From NCBI RefSeq assembly GCF_988243305.1, contig NZ_OZ547136.1: a stretch of DNA of 64,000 bases; one strand, given 5' to 3'. The translations under genes and the position numbers were made by a program. Below, in pieces: positions 56,218 to 64,000 of the stretch. The notes beneath the pieces were generated by a model. It ran no database searches, was not told where the DNA came from, and saw only the letters and a program-made list of their open reading frames with translations. Each line of letters begins with the position of its first letter. The stretch's first letter is position 1.

Positions 56218-57111
56218 ATGCGAAATTTTATCTTCCTTATGGCTTTCTTCTGTTCATCTGTGTTTGCCACACAAATTCCAGTACCTGAATCACCCAAGTA
56301 TGTGAATGACTTAACCGGCACATTAACAAACAGCGAAGTAAACACCCTGACCAACCAGATTAAAGCCCTGACGCAAAAAAACTACGCACAGTTGGTCGTG
56401 TTAGTGGTTGAAACAACTGGCGATGAAACCATCGAGCAGTACGCAACGCGGGTATTCGATAGCTGGAAACCGGGTGATAAAGACCACGATGATGGCGTTC
56501 TACTGTTAGTCGCCTGGCAGGATCATACCGTGCGTATTGAAATCGGTTACGGACTGGAAGGTATTATTACGGATGCACAGTCCGGGAAAATTATTCGCAA
56601 CAGTATTATTCCGGCATTTAAAAAAGGGGACCTGGCTGGTGGTTTGCAAAAGGGAATCAGCGATATTGAAAGTCGTCTGACGGGGAATAATTTAGCAACG
56701 ATAACACCGACCGATCACCCTTTGCCTTTTAGCGGTTGGTGGGCTTTGTTAGTCTGGGCGATAGTACTGACGTTTATTTCTGCCAGAGGATATATCAAAA
56801 CGCTGGGAGTAATTTGCTTCGCAGCTATTGTACTGGCCTTTGTTTTACCTATAGCAGGCTTCAGCGGAAGCTGGGGAGTACTCGCAACATTACTCTGCTT
56901 CGCCACACCGTTCCTGGCTGTCGCCATCGCTTTTACCCCCTTCGGCAAAAAGGTTCGGGATTCGATGCGTGATGCCAACCAGCCATCACGCCATACAAGA
57001 AGCAATTCTTCCTCCCACTATTCATCATCGTCATCCTCTTCATTCAACAATGACAATTTCAGCGGTGGTGGCGGTTCATCTGGTGGCGGTGGCGCTTCCG
57101 GGCGCTGGTAA
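56218..57111 (+). CDS. TPM-domain (YgcG-like) membrane protein, paralog 1
   Basis: Signal peptide MRNFIFLMAFFCSSVFA, TPM-like block (VNDLTGTLT...LVVLVVETTGDETIEQYATRVFDSWKPGDKDHDDGVLLLVAWQDHTVRIEIGYGLEG), two or three TM helices, Gly/Ser-rich tail ending GGGGSSGGGGASGRW. Confidence 0.8.
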   Translation: MRNFIFLMAFFCSSVFATQIPVPESPKYVNDLTGTLTNSEVNTLTNQIKALTQKNYAQLVVLVVETTGDETIEQYATRVFDSWKPGDKDHDDGVLLLVAWQDHTVRIEIGYGLEGIITDAQSGKIIRNSIIPAFKKGDLAGGLQKGISDIESRLTGNNLATITPTDHPLPFSGWWALLVWAIVLTFISARGYIKTLGVICFAAIVLAFVLPIAGFSGSWGVLATLLCFATPFLAVAIAFTPFGKKVRDSMRDANQPSRHTRSNSSSHYSSSSSSSFNNDNFSGGGGSSGGGGASGRW

Positions 57112-57125
57112 CAAAAGGAATTGAT

Positions 57126-58274
57126 ATGCGTATTTTTCTCTTACTTCTGATGCTATGCGGTTTTCAGGTATTCGCTGAACAATTGCCTTCAGTAACTGAC
57201 TTAACCGGGACATTAACGACAGAAGAACAAACTGCTTTAACTCAACAATTACAGACTCTCGAGCAGCAAAACCACTTCCAGGTGGCCGTGTTGGTCACGC
57301 CGACCACAGGGGGCAAAAACATTAAACTTGCAGCCTCGCAGAGATACGGGGTATATCACTGGAAACCCGTTGGAGAGAAGCGATATGGCGAAGGTATCTT
57401 AATTCTCGTCGTATGGCCGGAAGGGCTGGCGTCAATGAAGATTGGACATGGACTGGAACAGATGTTGCCGCCGGAACAAGCTTCGCAAATTGTTCGTTAC
57501 CATATGCAGCCAGAATTCGAAAAAAACAATCTCTTTGCTGGATTAACGGGCGGAATTGAAAGCATCGCACAGTTTACCCATATCAAAGCGAACCTTAGCC
57601 CTTTGGATGCTTTAGCCAATCATCTGTTTGCTAATCCGCAACGTTCGCTGCCTTGTCTTGCCTGGACACTGCTGATGATCGTTGCCATCGTTGTCCTCTG
57701 GCGATTTGCCAGCCGCCCAGGGCGTGGCATATGGATGATATCGATGATTACCCCTATGGTCTGGTTTTTCTCCTTTCAGGACGATGTCATCATTCGGCGG
57801 GTATCGGTCGTTTGTTTTAGTTTATTGTTAGCAACAACCTGCAAGCAGCGTCTCGCGGTAGTTTTTAATATGTGCCGCGTATTTCCTATGATGCTGACCC
57901 CAAAAAATAAAAACGCTAAAGTGAAAAAACAAAAGAAGACTCCGCAGGTTCGTGAATCAGGACGAAATTCATTGTTTGTCGTGATGCTGATAATTATTGT
58001 GGGATGGTGCCTGGTGTTCGCCAGTAATAAAGATATTGCATTCATCTCAACAATTATTGGGTTAATTGATCATTTTATCGGCCCAATAACCATTGCTGGC
58101 ATCGTTCTGCTGATCATTGTGGCCAAATTTACTGGCAATCTTAAGCTGGGATCAGGAGAAAAAAGCAACAGGAAAACGGGGAATCGTAATGCTCATTCTC
58201 GCTCTTCGTCGAGAAATTCTTTCCGCGGTGGTGGCGGTTCTTCAGGAGGCGGCGGTTCATCCGGCCGTTGGTGA
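57126..58274 (+). CDS. TPM-domain membrane protein, paralog 2 (diverged, extended membrane region)
   Basis: Signal peptide MRIFLLLLMLCGFQVFA, diverged TPM block, extra TM segments and a lysine-rich loop, tail ending GGGGSSGGGGSSGRW. Confidence 0.75.
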   Translation: MRIFLLLLMLCGFQVFAEQLPSVTDLTGTLTTEEQTALTQQLQTLEQQNHFQVAVLVTPTTGGKNIKLAASQRYGVYHWKPVGEKRYGEGILILVVWPEGLASMKIGHGLEQMLPPEQASQIVRYHMQPEFEKNNLFAGLTGGIESIAQFTHIKANLSPLDALANHLFANPQRSLPCLAWTLLMIVAIVVLWRFASRPGRGIWMISMITPMVWFFSFQDDVIIRRVSVVCFSLLLATTCKQRLAVVFNMCRVFPMMLTPKNKNAKVKKQKKTPQVRESGRNSLFVVMLIIIVGWCLVFASNKDIAFISTIIGLIDHFIGPITIAGIVLLIIVAKFTGNLKLGSGEKSNRKTGNRNAHSRSSSRNSFRGGGGSSGGGGSSGRW

Positions 58275-58279
58275 TCGTA

Positions 58280-59185
58280 ATGCGCTTAATCTTTATTCTA
58301 CTTGCTTTGTGGAGCCTTCCCGGGCTTGCCCAGCAAATTGCTGTGCCGGAGCTGCGCCAACAAGTGACTGATATTACTGGTACGTTAAGCACGTCTGAAC
58401 AGCAATCGCTAACGCAGCAGCTGCAGGATATTACACATAAAACACGGGCGCAGGTCGCTGTATTAGTAGTGCCGTCCACCGGAGACGATTCCATTGAACA
58501 ATATGCAGCACGCGTTTTTGATAGCTGGAAACTGGGAGATAAGCAGAGAAACGATGGTATTTTACTTCTGGTTGCCTGGGAGGAGCATGCTGTTCGTATT
58601 GAGGTTGGCTACGGGCTGGAAGGGGTGGTTACCGACCTGCAAGCGGCGAAGATTATCAGAGATATTTTGATCCCTGCCTTCAAAAGTGATGACCTGATGG
58701 GTGGATTAACACTGGCAAGCGAAAATATCGGCGCGCTTCTGTTGAATGGTGAATTATCGGAAGACAGGGGGGATTATTACAGTATCAATCCCTTTATTCC
58801 ATTATCGCTTGCTGTAATTATATTGCTGGCGGTACTTTCATATTTTATTGTTTTTACCGATCCGTCGAATTTACCCTGGATCACTCTCACTGGCGCCATT
58901 TACGGGATGGTATTCCTCTATGTTGCCGAGCCAGGACCATGGACCAATTTAATCGTTGCCTGCGGTATGCTCACGCCTTTTGCCATCGTACCACTGCTTA
59001 TTTTTTGGCTTATCGTTAATAAAAAGCTACGCGCTAAATACAAGAAGCTCGGTAAAGAAAGAGCTTCAAGAAAAGGTTCTTCTTCATCCTCTTCCGGTGG
59101 CGGCTCAAGTGGCGGAGGCTCAGGCGGTGGCTTTAGCGGCGGGGGCGGTTCTTCTGGCGGTGGCGGCGCGTCCGGTCGCTGGTAA
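58280..59185 (+). CDS. ygcG: TPM-domain membrane protein, paralog 3 (most likely the ygcG ortholog by position next to eno)
   Basis: Signal peptide MRLIFILLALWSLPGLA, TPM block highly similar to paralog 1, TM helices, long Ser/Gly tail ending GGGGSSGGGGASGRW; symbol tentative. Confidence 0.7.
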   Translation: MRLIFILLALWSLPGLAQQIAVPELRQQVTDITGTLSTSEQQSLTQQLQDITHKTRAQVAVLVVPSTGDDSIEQYAARVFDSWKLGDKQRNDGILLLVAWEEHAVRIEVGYGLEGVVTDLQAAKIIRDILIPAFKSDDLMGGLTLASENIGALLLNGELSEDRGDYYSINPFIPLSLAVIILLAVLSYFIVFTDPSNLPWITLTGAIYGMVFLYVAEPGPWTNLIVACGMLTPFAIVPLLIFWLIVNKKLRAKYKKLGKERASRKGSSSSSSGGGSSGGGSGGGFSGGGGSSGGGGASGRW

Positions 59186-59217
59186 CTCAACCATAAAAAA
59201 TGCCAGCCCGAAGGCTG

Positions 59218-60643
59218 TAATGCCGATCAGTTAAGGATCAGTTGACCGATCCAGTGGCTGTGTAAGAATCCGGAAACGCTCACTTGTTTCCGGATTTTTT
59301 TATGCACATTGGACAGGCTCTTGATCTGGTATCCCGTTACGATTCTCTGCGTAACCCACTGACTTCTCTGGGGGATTACCTCGACCCCGAACTCATCTCT
59401 CGTTGCCTTGCCGAATCAGGTACTGTAACGCTACGCAAGCGCCGTCTTCCCCTCGAAATGATGGTCTGGTGTATTGTTGGCATGGCGCTTGAGCGTAAAG
59501 AACCTCTTCACCAGATTGTGAATCGCCTGGACATCATGCTGCCGGGCAATCGCCCCTTCGTTGCCCCCAGTGCCGTTATTCAGGCCCGCCAGCGCCTGGG
59601 AAGTGAGGCTGTCCGCCGCGTGTTCACGAAAACAGCGCAGCTCTGGCATAACGCCACGCCGCATCCGCACTGGTGCGGCCTGACCCTGCTGGCCATCGAT
59701 GGTGTGTTCTGGCGCACACCGGATACACCAGAGAACGATGCAGCCTTCCCCCGCCAGACACATGCCGGGAACCCGGCGCTCTACCCGCAGGTCAAAATGG
59801 TCTGCCAGATGGAACTGACCAGCCATCTGCTGACGGCTGCAGCCTTCGGCACGATGAAGAACAGCGAAAATGAGCTTGCTGAGCAACTTATAGAACAAAC
59901 CGGCGATAACACTCTGACGTTAATGGATAAAGGTTATTACTCACTGGGACTGTTAAATGCCTGGAGCCTGGCGGGAGAACACCGCCACTGGATGATACCT
60001 CTCAGAAAGGGAGCGCAATATGAAGAGATCAGAAAACTGGGTAAAGGCGATCATCTGGTGAAGCTGAAAACCAGCCCGCAGGCACGAAAAAAGTGGCCGG
60101 GACTGGGAAATGAAGTGACAGCCCGCCTGCTGACCGTGACGCGCAAAGGAAAAGTCTGCCATCTGCTGACGTCGATGACGGACGCCATGCGCTTCCCCGG
60201 AGGAGAAATGGCGGATCTGTACAGTCATCGCTGGGAAATCGAACTGGGATACAGGGAGATAAAACAGACGATGCAACTGAGCAGGCTGACGCTGAGAAGT
60301 AAAAAACCGGAGCTTGTGGAGCAAGAGCTGTGGGGTGTCTTACTGGCTTATAATCTGGTGAGATATCAGATGATTAAAATGGCGGAACATCTGAAAGGTT
60401 ACTGGCCGAATCAACTGAGTTTCTCAGAATCATGTGGAATGGTGATGAGAATGCTGATGACATTGCAGGGCGCTTCACCGGGACGTATACCGGAGCTGAT
60501 GCGCGATCTTGCAAGTATGGGACAACTTGTGAAATTACCGACAAGAAGGGAAAGGGCCTTCCCGAGAGTGGTAAAGGAGAGGCCCTGGAAATACCCCACA
60601 GCCCCGAAAAAGAGCCAGTCAGTTGCTTAACTGACTGGCATTA
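59218..60643 (+). mobile_element. IS4 insertion sequence (1426 bp) with imperfect terminal inverted repeats and a flanking direct repeat
   Basis: Left end TAATGCCGATCAGTTAAGGATCAG, right end reverse complement TAATGCCAGTCAGTTAAGCAACTG; CAGCCCGAAGGCTG present immediately outside both ends (59204-59217 and 60644-60657); length equals the canonical IS4 length. Confidence 0.9.
59302..60630 (+). CDS. insG: IS4 transposase
   Basis: 442 aa from [40 protein letters not shown]..., recognised as the IS4 transposase. Confidence 0.9.
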   Translation: MHIGQALDLVSRYDSLRNPLTSLGDYLDPELISRCLAESGTVTLRKRRLPLEMMVWCIVGMALERKEPLHQIVNRLDIMLPGNRPFVAPSAVIQARQRLGSEAVRRVFTKTAQLWHNATPHPHWCGLTLLAIDGVFWRTPDTPENDAAFPRQTHAGNPALYPQVKMVCQMELTSHLLTAAAFGTMKNSENELAEQLIEQTGDNTLTLMDKGYYSLGLLNAWSLAGEHRHWMIPLRKGAQYEEIRKLGKGDHLVKLKTSPQARKKWPGLGNEVTARLLTVTRKGKVCHLLTSMTDAMRFPGGEMADLYSHRWEIELGYREIKQTMQLSRLTLRSKKPELVEQELWGVLLAYNLVRYQMIKMAEHLKGYWPNQLSFSESCGMVMRMLMTLQGASPGRIPELMRDLASMGQLVKLPTRRERAFPRVVKERPWKYPTAPKKSQSVA

Positions 60644-60684
60644 CAGCCCGAAGGCTGGCATTTTTAAATCAGATAAAGTCAGAC

Positions 60685-61998
<1,314 letters not shown>

Positions 61999-62069
61999 TC
62001 ACTAGTTAAACTGAAACTCCAGACAAACAACGCGTACCCAGGGTACGCGTTGCCGTTCTAACTTTTTTC

Positions 62070-63722
<1,653 letters not shown>

Positions 63723-63935
63723 TTAGGTTGAAAAGACGATGGAATAACCAGGACGGGAAAGCAGTATACCCGAACATGACCTGTGCCACAAACTTTCATT
63801 ATCCCTCCTCTTCGCCAGCGCACTATTGAAATCAGGAGTGAGAAAATAGCCCCTTTGGGGTAAATGTTTTTGACGCAAATCAAGCGCTTGTCATTTAAAA
63901 AATGACACAAATCGCGCTTGACCACGTAATTCCCT

Positions 63936-64000
63936 TAGAGATCAATTTCCTGCCGTTTTACCTGTTGCCAGACTTCTTCCATTGTTTCGAGGTCAACACC
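63936..64000 (-). CDS. mazG: Nucleoside triphosphate pyrophosphohydrolase MazG, C-terminal 21 codons (partial, runs off window end)
   Basis: Reverse complement reads ...GVDLETMEEVWQQVKRQEIDL-stop; position upstream of pyrG matches the mazG-pyrG-eno order. Confidence 0.55.

Overview
This window looks like an Escherichia coli chromosomal segment running from the hyc/hyp hydrogenase maturation genes through fhlA, mutS, a strain-variable mutS-rpoS region, rpoS-nlpD-pcm-surE-truD-ispF-ispD-ftsB, cysCND, iap, a complete type I-E CRISPR-Cas locus (39-repeat array, cas2-cas1-casEDCBA-cas3), cysHIJ, queD, the ygcN-ygcE cluster, a second CRISPR locus, queE, a LemA plus three tandem TPM-domain genes, an IS4 copy, eno, pyrG and the 3' end of mazG. 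All calls come from reading the six-frame translations and the DNA directly; no database search was run, and gene names rest on recognised protein sequence and K-12-like gene order. The most notable observations are: (1) rpoS carries an out-of-frame 14-nt deletion and should be a null allele; (2) pphB has an in-frame TAA at codon 46; (3) the main CRISPR array contains a tandem duplication of three spacer-repeat units and two adjacent spacers differing at three positions spaced 9 nt apart; (4) IS4 (1426 bp) sits inside the hairpin of the convergent terminator upstream of eno; (5) a LemA lipoprotein plus three tandem TPM-domain membrane paralogs with conserved Gly/Ser-rich ...GRW tails form an uncharacterised module, the best candidate here for an undescribed system; (6) the mutS-rpoS region carries a low-GC Sel1-repeat secreted protein and a UbiD/UbiX decarboxylase module rather than the K-12 ygbI-N genes. 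Comparisons with K-12 are from memory and are marked as inference where they matter.
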